A DNA stretch of 49,995 bases, counting the filler, from Streblomastix strix (lineage: Eukaryota), in NCBI GenBank assembly GCA_008636045.1. It is 3 parts of 3 records of this genome, joined end to end, with 100 filler letters (N's around TTAATTAATTAA, not from the genome) between each part and the next. Parts side by side here need not be neighbours in the genome. Positions count along the whole stretch, not along the records: positions 33,404 to 49,995 come from SNRW01000789.1; 2 more parts are not named here. The stretch is one strand, 5' to 3'. Positions 39,515-49,995 of the stretch are shown piece by piece; positions within the stretch are counted from its first letter, which is position 1; each line of letters begins with the position of its first letter. The position numbers were made by a program, and so were the translations under genes. Under the pieces are notes generated by a model. That model did no database searches, was not told where the DNA came from, and saw only the letters and a list, made by a program, of their open reading frames with translations.

Positions 39515-41235
39515 TCAGGCACTTAATGGTCCAATAACTTCATCAAATGAATGGTTTGTATCATATATGCAGCTACCACCTGCAGCGCGTGAAAACAACC
39601 AAAATGTATCATGAACTGTGCATAAAATAGGATGCGGTGGTATCTTTCCGCTGGAATCAACATTATAATATGAATCTGTAGCTCCTTGATATATTGGTGC
39701 TCCTCTGAGTTCGACAGATGTGTTTTAGTTTTGTGTGTCTAATCTGTCAAAAGTTAGTGCTCCGTTGCTGTTCCTTTCACATTATAGAGTTATCAAAAAG
39801 CTTGTTAAATCTGTATGAGGGTTCAGTCTTCGGGTTGCAGTATTTCTTAGCATTGTCAAAGCATCTTCGAATTCATCAATGGCTTCGAATAAAAGGTCAA
39901 GATTTGACGCATTGAGTTATAATTGGAAGAGTTATTGGTCTAGCGTATTCATGGGCATATCTGGGAAATTACGTCCGCAGGTGGTTACTTGCATGTTCTG
40001 ATAGCAAGGATTTTCAAAGCAAATCGTAGCTCTTGCATCTTTAAGGAACAGAAGGCAGAAGTCGGTTACGTGAGACAGAGGAATATTATAAGATGTTCGT
40101 ATTCATGTTAAAGTAGCAGACGTTGGAAATGGCCATACTTCCACACGTTGAGCGGGAACAACAAATGGACGTTAGCTGTATAATTTTCGGACTCGATTAA
40201 GGCATGCATCAGTAGCTTTATAACCTGCCATGTTAGCGGTTACCTCTGTTATGACATAATTTTTTATGCTTATGGTGACCGGTTTGATGTCGCATATTAA
40301 GTTTTTCAATCCTGACTCAGTTAGTGGTTCCGCATGTAGTCCTGTAATCAAGTCAGAAGTGCATCCCAATTACGTAAATTATTTAGTATATTGGAATGTC
40401 AGACTCCAATTTCTGAACATCAAATCAATATCCATTTTCTTCTATTGACTGCTACCCAATAACTCATCTTTATTCATTGTATAATATTTAGCCATTGAAA
40501 TTATTGGATTCACTTGACAGAAAACGAATGCATGAGGATTAATTTTGAATTTTATTTTTAAATCACCAAATTGGCCATTAGGGTAGTCAGTGAATGCAGA
40601 GAATATCAAGAGGTCATCAAGTGGAATGCTGACTTTGAAACGTATTGGAATTGTATATGGAATGGATGTTTGATTTCCTATTAGCTCTTCAATCTCTCGC
40701 ATATTTATATTTGTTCCACACGCTAACGTATCAAAATTATGAATGTTCTCGTATAAAGAATGTATATGTTTTCTATTATTTTTCTCACTTTTTGGCTTGA
40801 TTGTATTATAAATGAATGATTCAGTTGTTGCGTCATTCTATAAGTTTCCATCAATAGTTTTACCTCTATGATAGATGGTATATTCGAGAATAAGATTTGA
40901 GCCTGATTTGAGACCTACGAATAGAACCAATCCGTCTTTATATGATTCGTCAATTTTATCAAATTTATCATCGAGTTAAATATTGGCAGTTAGCACTACC
41001 GACAAGAATGAATTTTATATCTATGTGATGTCGTGGTCTGTGTCTGATAAACTAATGATTATCTCCTTATCAAATAAGCTGGCATTTATGATTCTGGTTT
41101 GATTTCCTTGATTGAATAACGATGTTCTCCGTCATTAGTGAATGGAACGATAGCATTACCTAACAATGTTTCTTCAATTGTTCCTGCTTGTTGTAAATGT
41201 GTGGCTTTCATTAAGAATCTGTTTATCTTTTACAT
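39515..41235 (-). pseudogene. Probable major capsid protein (~570 aa, double jelly-roll inferred)
   Basis: Long beta-rich ORF: LFVGLKSGSNLILEY...FKVSIPLDDLLIFSAFTDYPNGQFGDLKIKFKINP...FVVPAQRVE...CFENPCYQNMQV...ITLQCERNS. Size and context next to ATPase and fibre genes fit an MCP. Frameshift near 41075 and TGA at 40103-40105. Confidence 0.7.
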
Positions 41236-41303
41236 TCAATAAAAAATTGAAATAGTTAAATATAAACGTAATGAAATAAAAATCATTTATTAAATATTTA
41301 TGA

Positions 41304-41387
41304 ACCATGTGGATTGGGTGGATTGAGTCAGAAACTTTTATGAAAAGCTATGGCCAACTGGACAACTGGCCAATAATTGAGAAAAAT
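41304..41387 (+). repeat. Intergenic palindromic element, copy 3 (5'-truncated)
   Basis: ACCATGTGGATTGGGTGGATTGAGTCAGAAACTTTTATGAAAAGCTATGGCCAACTGGACAACTGGCCAATAATTGAGAAAAA. Confidence 0.95.
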
Positions 41388-41411
41388 TTAAATCGTTAAT
41401 GTTTATGTTTT

Positions 41412-41726
41412 TCATTGGTTCTGTAATTTTATTCTTCAACTCTGTATGTCAATTGTTAATTTTTATCTTAAATATTCATCATTTCTCAACGTTTCAAAAT
41501 CTTATCTAAATTAACCGGTTTTATCCGCACCATAGCCATAATCAAGAAATGAGCTAGCAGCATCTAAACCATTGCCTATTGTTTAGCCTACAGGACCCAA
41601 TATTCCAAGTATCGGTATTGCAAATGGTTTCATAAACGGTTTATAAATGTTATGATTAGCCCATTAAAGACCCTTCCCTACTTTTTGAACTAATTGCTTT
41701 ATTTTAAGAAAAATCTCAATTGCCAT
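41412..41726 (-). CDS. Small protein with N-terminal amphipathic helix (candidate membrane-lytic virion protein)
   Basis: MAIEIFLKIKQLVQKVGKGLQWANHNIYKPFMKPFAIPILGILGPVGQTIGNGLDAASSFLDYG...; first TGA at 41436-41438, second in-frame TGA at 41412-41414. Confidence 0.65.
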
Positions 41727-41808
41727 AACTTTATTTTTAATAAAAATAAATTTTTATATGTACTATTTTGGATTTGAATAATTGATCGATTTATTTTTCA
41801 TTAATAAA

Positions 41809-41987
41809 TTGGCCAGTTGTCCAGTTGGCCACAGCTTTTTATAAAAGTTTTTGACTCAATCCATCCAATCCACACGGTCTAGTCAAAAGTCATTCATAAT
41901 TTAATCCACTTCTTCGTGCCAATTTCCTAAAATTCATCTATGTTTTGATTCGGTCCATTCAACCAAATCCATTTTATTAGTCATTAT
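41809..41987 (-). repeat. Intergenic palindromic element, copy 4 (long form)
   Basis: Reverse complement aligns with copy 1 over ~180 bp. Confidence 0.95.
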
Positions 41988-42012
41988 CAAACGTTCAATA
42001 AATAAACGTTTT

Positions 42013-43593
42013 TCACAAATAATACATTCCACTGGCGTAATGTTTATAAACATCAGCTGAATCTATTGGGATTGACTCTTATGGTTCTTATAATTAAAAG
42101 TATAACATTTTAAATTATGAATTTACTATAAAATAATTCACTGAAAATTTATTCTATCTTCCGCCCTATGTGCTACATATAGTTGCAGGGAAGCCCAAAT
42201 TTTTACCATCTGCAGGTATTACAGAATCAGGAATACGACCAACTTCTTACGTTCTGCCATTTAAACCTTTAGATTCAAAATATAGATTGAATACGCATAC
42301 TCTACAAGTGTCATCATCAACGATATAGAACGTATTATATGCTGATGAGGGGAAAAAATCATTTATCATAAACTGATTATAAACATTTGTTATCGTATAT
42401 TGTGGTTGTGGCGATGAACCTAATTATTTTTCATGTTTTATTATTACTTCGTCGATGTGAGATTCTACATCTTCAGGTGCTGACTCGTTGGCGTTTGTGC
42501 TGTTCGTATAGTTATCAAGTATATAAGTTCTTTAAAATTCACAATCTAGCATATTCAATTATCCGCTGACGGCCACCTATACAGCTGATGATTTATCATA
42601 CATATCCTTGAACAAACTCATAGCAGAAAATTCCTGTTGTTCGACATGAATAGGCATATATTTCGTATTAGGTGGTAGTAGTTTTTTGCTGATTGTCGAA
42701 AATAATTTATATACAGTCTATTATGCTTCATAATTGGCACCTAATTGTGTCAATTTTGCCCTAAAGCTATAAGTGATGAATGGACCATCTTTAATAAAAT
42801 ATGCTGCTCTATCTGCTTTATATCTCGCTAATTCATCCATAAGTTTTATTTCACTGTTCAAATAATTAGTTCGATTTAGCCCTTACACTACCGCCTCGAT
42901 TAAATTTGTTTAATTTTTCACTGTTTTATAAACGTACGATTAGGCTTCAAATTAACCATTTCCATTAACATTCCATGTATCCATAATGTCAATTTTTCCG
43001 TCATTATTGGAATCATAATTTATTTTTTTCGATGATTCATAATTTCTATAATATGTGATATTAAGCACAAGAGCAGTATTTGACGGCAGCCACCGAGAGC
43101 TTATAATAAATGGCACTCCTTAATCGATATAACAAAATATGTTATATGTATTGGAGGCATCGGTTCCAACTAATGCAATCACTTAATCACCCTGTTTTGG
43201 TCTCGCTTCTTGTGGATAACTTTAAAATAAATAACCGTTCGGAAATACACCTGTTGTTGCATATGACGCGGTAAGTGTAATTCCATCGCCATAAACGACT
43301 AATTATTGATCTGAACCACTGGAGGCTAAAAAACTTTATCGCTCTAATTATGTACTCAAATCCAATTTCGTTATAGCATTCGGCATTGGTGGCTCGAACT
43401 TTTCATTTGATGCGTAGATAATATCATCGTTATTTTTCACTTGCTACTACAGAGTTTGGTTTCTAATTGGAACAGATTGCGGCTGTTGCTCGAGTGGCTT
43501 AGGATAACGTTCTTTGATATATGCGTATAATTCTGGGAAGTAAGATAAACCAGCAGCGTCTAATAATCTTTCATCGATATAAACATTTGACAT
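42013..43593 (-). CDS. 526-aa protein with three repeated beta-domains resembling fibre/receptor-binding heads
   Basis: Intact ORF (527 codons). Recurring segments YLFQSYPQEARP, KLFSTISKKLLP and EVGRIPDSVIP, each preceded and followed by beta-strand-like patterns. Confidence 0.65.
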
Positions 43594-43654
43594 TTATATT
43601 CAATAAAAATAAATAATTAATCCAAACAATTTCAAACAATTATTAGCAGAAGCA

Positions 43655-46563
43655 TCAAAGCATCCAACTGAATTATAAGCCAACATCATCATTAATACCC
43701 AAGCTTCTGTTGAGTCGGTAGTTATTCGGAAATCTCAATATGAATACACACATGTTAATGTCTTTCGCTTCATTGCGAATGAAATAGGATATGTAGTGCT
43801 TGGAGGTGTTGGAGGAGTTATGGAATTACTTATGCTTCCAACAGTGCAAATTGTAGTTTATGTAGAAATATTGATTTAAGTTTTTGGTTAAATTTCCATC
43901 ATCAAAGTATAAAAAATGCCTATTCGAGTAAATTTTAAATAATTGAATGTAATATTAGAATCTAAATTGACAACTAAATTTGTTATGTCCTCCACTTGCA
44001 CTCCTCCAAATGATGATAATAATTGGTAACCGCCACCAGCCAATAAAATCAATGTATCATCCTTACCTGTTTTAGCAAATCCAGCTGCACTAACATTTGA
44101 ATTGAATGTTTTTGTGCCATATATCGTTTAATTATCATAACGACAAACAAAAGCATTATAAATTTCTCCTCTTGTCAAATAATCTTTATCATACTCCGAC
44201 ATTGATAACTCATCATCATCTATTCGTAAAACTCCATGAATTATTTAAAGTTCTTATCCCGTTTTTTTCACATAATTAGAATCATCAACACTTCCACCTC
44301 CGAATTCAGAAATTGGTTTTGTTCCACCTGCTCCAAGTAATACAACGCTATCATCAGCACCTGATTTAACAAATTATGAGCCTGTAATTGTTCCCATTCC
44401 ATTGATAGAACTTACGAACCTACAAGCATTATTGCATGTCTTGTTCGCTGTTATTGTCTATGAAGTGCCCAAGGTCATATAACCGCTTAAATCAACATCA
44501 CCAACTTCAATTTATGATATCAAATAATCAGTTTCTGTTTTTGTATAAGTTGTTGATTGATTTGCTTTCAACAGCAGCAACGCATCATCTTCACCTTTTG
44601 TTTATGAAACACCTGAATTGGCTTTATTACTGAGCAGATTATCGGCTTCTCCTTTAATGTATGAATCGATTAATTATGTCTTATCAGCCTTCAACAGCAG
44701 CAGAGCATCATCCTCTCCTTTGGTGTATGAAACTCCTGAATTAGCTTTATTACTGAGCAAATTATCGGCTTCTCATTTTGTGTATGAATCAATCAATTAT
44801 GTTTTATCAGCCTTCAACTGCAGCAACGCATCATCTTCTCCTTTTGTATATGAAACACCTGAATTGGCTTTATTATTGAGCAAATTATCGGCTTCGCATT
44901 TAGTGTATGAATCAATTAATTATGTTTTATCAGCCTTCAACAACAACAGAGCATCATCTTATGTCTTAGTGTATGCATCGATTTAATCGCTTACGTTTAA
45001 TTTGTCGTCGAGTAGAGCATCGGCTTCAATCTTCGAATATACATCAATTAATTATGTTTTATCAGCCTTCAACAATAGCAACGCATCATCTTATGTCTTA
45101 GTGTATGCATAAATTTAATCAGAAATATTTAATTTTAGATTTAAATTTTAATCTTTTTCAGTTCATGAATAATTTTATGATTTATTATAATAATTTGAAA
45201 AATTAACGCTTGCATTTACGTCCTGTATGGCCTTAACACCACCACCAGCACAAACAACAGAATTATTATCGTAATTTTATACAGATATTCCGACTGTGTG
45301 GATAGTTGTATTAAATATCTTTTAACCTGTAATAGTTTCATCATAGTTAGTCGTTATAAATGAACTATTTTTCGCAGGTATTAATGTATTTCCATCAAAT
45401 GATAAATCTGTTATTGCATTGCCTCCTCCTGTAGCAGCTCCAAGAATGGTCATGACGATGCTCATATCTGGCAGTTCTGTTTCTAGTGCTCGAAGATTAG
45501 AGCCATCCCACCAATAATCCATGATTTACTTATCAACTATATATAAATTATCACCAATTGCTAATTTTGCAACGTTTTCCTAATCTTCCATCCAAGTATT
45601 CATCTGATCCGTAGTCGCGAAGACATATCCTTTTGATTCGCCTGAAGCGATATCTCGAACTTCTTATAATTATGACTATGATACTAATGAACTTACTAGC
45701 ATATCACCATCACCAGCTAGAAGAATTGATTCATCATTTTTATTCAATTTCGATATGCTTGAAACACTTATTATTCCGAATTATTCTTGACCTGTTATTG
45801 TTTGAGCCGAAGTTAAATCAACATAATCCGCTAACTCTGTTTTATCAGCCTTCAATAATAGCAGAGCATCATCTTTCTATTTATTATAAGCATCAATTTA
45901 ATCAATAATATTTAATTTTTCATCAAGTAAGGCATCAGCTTCAGACTTATTATATGCATCGATTTAATCGCTTACGTTTAATTTGTCGTCGAGTAGAGCA
46001 TCAGCTTCTTATTTGGTATATGCATCAATTAGCTCAGTTTTATCAGCTTTCAATAATAGCAGAGCATCATCTTCAGTTTTCGAGTTAGCATCGATTTAGT
46101 TATAAATATTTAATTTATCATCGAGTAGGGCATCGGCTTCAATCTTCGAATATGCGTCGATTTAATCGGATATATTTAATTTATCGTCGAATAGGGCATC
46201 GACTTCGGTTTTATTGTATGCATCAATTTAGTCTGAAATATTTAATTTTAAAGCAAGCAATTCATCATCTTCTGTCTTCGAATATGCATCAATGAGCTCT
46301 GATTTATCAGCTTTCAATAATAGCAGAGCATCATCTTCTTATTTCGTATATGCATCAATTTAGTCGGAAATATTTAATTTTTTATCTATCATTTCATAAA
46401 TTTCTTCACGATTATAAGGTTTAGACGCTTCATTAGTTATATTTATTATATTTTCAATATTTTTTACTTCGTTAATTAAGCCAATAGTGTTATACTTACT
46501 TGAACCATAAAGCACTTAATCATGATTTAACACAACATCAAGCATATGCAAATCTCCGTCCAT
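43655..46563 (-). pseudogene. ~970-aa fibre-like protein with phage-tail-fibre-type repeats
   Basis: ~20-aa repeats (D)AYTKxEDDALLLLKADKTQLI and AYSKIEADALLDDKLNISDQI; QTITGQKxF..SILLAGGG modules. TGAs at 45163, 44773 and 43735; frameshift near the 3' end. Confidence 0.8.
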
Positions 46564-46594
46564 TTTATAAAAATAAAAATAATTTATTATGGCA

Positions 46595-47131
46595 TCATAT
46601 TTTATTTAACACAGTCATTAATCCTTTAGATACTGCACTAATAATTTTGCTTGTAATTTCTCCTGAATCTAAAATATTTTTTATTTTTCTTATTTTTTAT
46701 AAACAAATTTTATAGCTATCCCTTAATAAATTTACTTTTTCGACGTCGATCTTTAATATATTTACGTTTCCAATCAATATCTCATTTAATGTTTAAGTCG
46801 AATCGCTGCAAAACCTACCACTACATCCTTCATCCTCTATACTCAATTAAATTTAACTTTCTGGGACGTCGAAAGTGTAGGCAACAACCCGAATCAAATA
46901 ATTTTCAGATAATATGAAATGCACTGATTCTTTAATCATATTCTCGTCTTCACTAATGACATCCAACAGCCAACGACACACTGAAGGGTCTGGAGTTAAA
47001 TTTTCTTCAAAAATTGAACTTCTGCACCTAGCTGACAAGGTTGGAGTTTCACATCTGATAACCTGTTGCTGAAATGGGTCAATTTCTTTTTCAAATTATG
47101 GTTCCACTTCTGGAATAGTTGGACTCTTCAT
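46595..47131 (-). CDS. 178-aa viral hypothetical protein
   Basis: Intact ORF (179 codons): MKSPTIPEVEPQFEKEIDPF...VLNKI*TGA. Confidence 0.7.
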
Positions 47132-47505
47132 TTTAATAATGTTAAAAATAATTAATTATTTGTGTAAAATAAAACCGAAAATTGAGCCTAATTAATAGAC
47201 TAAGATTGAGCTAAAAAGGTCATATTCGGAATCAGCGCATATGAATTGTGTCTATAGTTGATTATCAAATCATTTTAAAATTTCAAGAAAATAAAGTTAT
47301 TTTTTTATTTTTTATTTTTTTAATTCCTATATATAATGACTGTAAAATTATAAGCCAAAAAATAAGCCAAAAAATTAATGTTTTTGTATTGCCTTGAGAA
47401 TGATATTTATATATAATGTTGATACGTAAAGTTCAAAAATAACGTTTAAATTGATATCTCGAACGGTTGATGCATATCAATTTTGCAATATAAAAGTGTA
47501 TGATT

Positions 47506-47632
47506 TTGGCACGAGAAAATGGAATAGATAGTGAATGACTTTTAGGTGTTCCGAGTGTTCCGAGTGTTCCGAGTCAAAAAATTTTAAAAAATGCTGTGGC
47601 CAACTGGACAACTGGCCAATAATTGAGAAAAA
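47506..47632 (+). repeat. Intergenic palindromic element, copy 5 (variant with (GTGTTCCGA)3)
   Basis: TGAATGACTTTTAGGTGTTCCGAGTGTTCCGAGTGTTCCGAGTCAAAAA...GCTGTGGCCAACTGGACAACTGGCCAATAATTGAGAAAAA. Confidence 0.93.
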
Positions 47633-47714
47633 ACTTAAAAAATAAAAAAAATAAACTTATTTTAAAAATAAACGAGATTGTTATATACAAATTCAACTTT
47701 TTAATTATATATAA

Positions 47715-48795
47715 ATGGAATCAAAAGACAATCAAGCACAAACTAGCCATTCATTAACAATTCAAGAACGTATCTAAAATTTGTATGTGAATACTTATGA
47801 TTATAATAAATTTCCAATCATTTGTAAAACAGGCAAATCATTTTCAGGTAGAGCAATCGACATATCAAAATGTTAAAATCTTGCTGTTGTTGATATTGAT
47901 ATAAATAAAAATTTAGATAAATTAATATAAAAATAAATTCGAGAATTAATCGTTGAAAAAATTCCTTAAATGTGGGATTAATCAAAACAGAACATGGAGA
48001 ACTTCATATATATTGTGATATCAATGGATTTGAATTATAGGGAACATCAAATATATAAGTTTATAAAAGTGATAATTTTAATGTGGATATATTTGCATGT
48101 GTTGATGATAAACAAAGATGGATTATGTAATATGGGTCAAAAATACGTGATAGAGTTAAAGCAACAAAGCAAATGGAAGATTAGAACGAATAAATTGGTG
48201 AAATTAAAGTTGTATATTAATATGAGGCAATAAATGATTATTTAAATAAAATAAATTTATGTGAATTAGGACAAATTTTGAACATATTCGGAATAGATTT
48301 TGATGTTAATTAATAGGTCATGACAAATTAAAAGGAATAACATAATGAGTAAGACAAACCACTGCTACAACCAACAGGATTAATCGGTATGAAAAAGGAT
48401 TTCGTGATTATGTTATGTAAAGGAATTAGTGGTCTTTAAATACATAACGACTCATAACGTCATAATTTTAATGATGAAATAACTTTACTTCCATTATTTG
48501 CTGCAATTAATAGTATAATTAATATTGAAGGAATTGATAATCAATATATTTGAGAAACATATAAAAAAATAAAAATTAATAATAATTTAACAGATAAAGC
48601 AAAATAATTATTTGATGCAGCTAAAATAAGATATGAATAAAAATAATTACATCCATTCGTTTTATAAAAAATAATTAAAAAATATAATCCAAAATATTAT
48701 TAAGAATATGTAATGCCTATGTTAGTGAATGAAAAAAGATGTAAAAATTTAATTGAAGTATAATAAATTGATTTAAAAGATAGTTTCACATTATT
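47715..48795 (+). pseudogene. Prim-Pol (AEP superfamily primase-polymerase) N-terminal region, frameshifted and truncated
   Basis: Motif I NLAVVDIDIN (~47877-47906); motif II KTEHGELHIYC (~47985-48016). Confidence 0.8.
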
Positions 48796-49995
48796 CATGT
48801 ATTAAATTTTATTCTTTTTATTTGCTGCATCATATTATTTAACTATGAATACTTAACCTCCATCACATGGTTCAGTTCGTAATATTCTGGTTAAGTCCTG
48901 AGCTATTGTTTCATATTCATTATATTTATAGATACCATTTTATAACTTTTTTTTACATATCAAATAATGTGAAACTATCTTTTAAATCAATTTATTATAC
49001 TTCAATTTAATTTTTACATCTTTTTTCATTCACTAACATAGGCATTTCATATTCTTAATAATATTTTAGTTTATATTTTTAGCTATTTTTTATAAAACGA
49101 ATGGGTGCGATTATTTTTTTTCATATCTTTTTTAGCTATTTCAAATAATTATTTTGCTCTCTCTGTTAAATTATTATTAATTTTTATTTTTTCATATGTA
49201 TCTTTAATGTATTGATTATCAATTCCTTCAACATTAATTATACTATTAATTGCTGCAAATAATGGAAGTAAAGTTATTTCATCATTTAAGTTATGACCCT
49301 ATGAGTCGTTATATATTTCAAGACCACTAATTCCTTTACATAACATAATCACGAAATCCTTTTTCATATCGATTAATCCAATTGATTGTATTAGTGGTTT
49401 TTCTTACACATTATATTATTCCTTTTAGTTTGGTATGAACTATTAATTGACATCTAAATCTATTCCGAATATGTTCAAAATTTGTCCTAAATCACATAAA
49501 TTTATTTTATTTAAATAATCATTTATAGCTTCATACAAATATATAACTTTAATTTCTCCAATTTATTCGTTCTAATCTTCCATTTGTTTTGTGGCATTAA
49601 CTCTATCGCGTATTTTCGACCCACACTACATAATCCATCTTTGTTTATCATCATCACTTGCAAATATATCCACATTAAAATTATCACATTTATAAACTTA
49701 TATATTTGATGTTCTCTATAACTCAAATCCATTAATATCGCAATAAATATGAAGCCCACCATGTGCTGTTTTGATTAATCCCACATTTTAAGGCATTTTT
49801 TCAACGACAGATTCTTGAATTTATTTTAAATTAATTTATCTAAATTTTTATTTATATCAATATCAACAACTGCAAGATTTTAACACTTTGATATATCGAT
49901 TGCTCTACCTGAACATGATTTACCAGTTTTGCCAATGATTGGAAATTTATTGTAATCATAAGTATTTATATACATATTTTAGATACGTTCTTGAA
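48796..49995 (-). pseudogene. Second, inverted Prim-Pol copy
   Basis: 48963-49995 is a diverged reverse complement of 47761-48795, with LAVVDID and KTAHGGLHIYC. Confidence 0.8.

Larger units (their letters stand above)
33404..49995. mobile_element. Endogenous Polinton/Maverick-like virus (decaying; termini and integrase not in window)
   Basis: Dense intronless ORFs: pPolB N-terminus, packaging ATPase, KilA-N, capsid-like, fibre-like and Prim-Pol genes. Confidence 0.9.

Noticed and set aside
29874..45165. TGA reassignment or readthrough in viral genes
   Set aside because: In-frame TGAs fall at different expected residues (Arg finger of the ATPase; Gly in the fibre repeat, aaa tga gaa vs aaa gga gaa) and co-occur with frameshifts, which indicates decay.
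44500..46400. 60-bp repeats as a non-coding array or DGR template/variable pair
   Set aside because: They are in-frame coding repeats of the fibre protein with largely synonymous variation, and no reverse transcriptase is seen.
35068..47632. CRISPR array or integron attC interpretation of the dispersed repeat
   Set aside because: Spacing is 0.4-5.5 kb with alternating orientation, and no cas or integrase gene is visible.

Overview
Very AT-rich, intron-rich eukaryotic DNA in which TAA/TAG encode Gln and only TGA is a stop (translation table 6). The supplied ORF track is therefore mostly fragments or shadow ORFs. Code, intron style and gene families fit an oxymonad such as Streblomastix strix (inference). 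The window is three unrelated ~16.6-kb contigs joined by artificial N44-TTAATTAATTAA-N44 linkers (16609-16708, 33304-33403). Contig 1 holds host genes: a multi-exon type I membrane protein, a DH-PH RhoGEF and a signal-peptide surface protein with Cys-rich GDPRAG repeats. Contig 2 holds a second GDPRAG gene with an inverted decayed copy, members of an expanded 'EQIEEEGG' family, and part of a Polinton/Maverick-like element with a protein-primed PolB carrying tandem IQ-like motifs, a vOTU-like domain, a Zn finger and an inserted HNH domain. Contig 3 is entirely a decaying endogenous Polinton-like virus written in the host code: pPolB N-terminus, A32-like ATPase, KilA-N, probable major capsid, an amphipathic pVI-like protein, two phage-tail-fibre-like genes and Prim-Pol. 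It also carries five copies of a palindromic intergenic element positioned at gene 3' ends. All translations were done by eye and no database searches were run.
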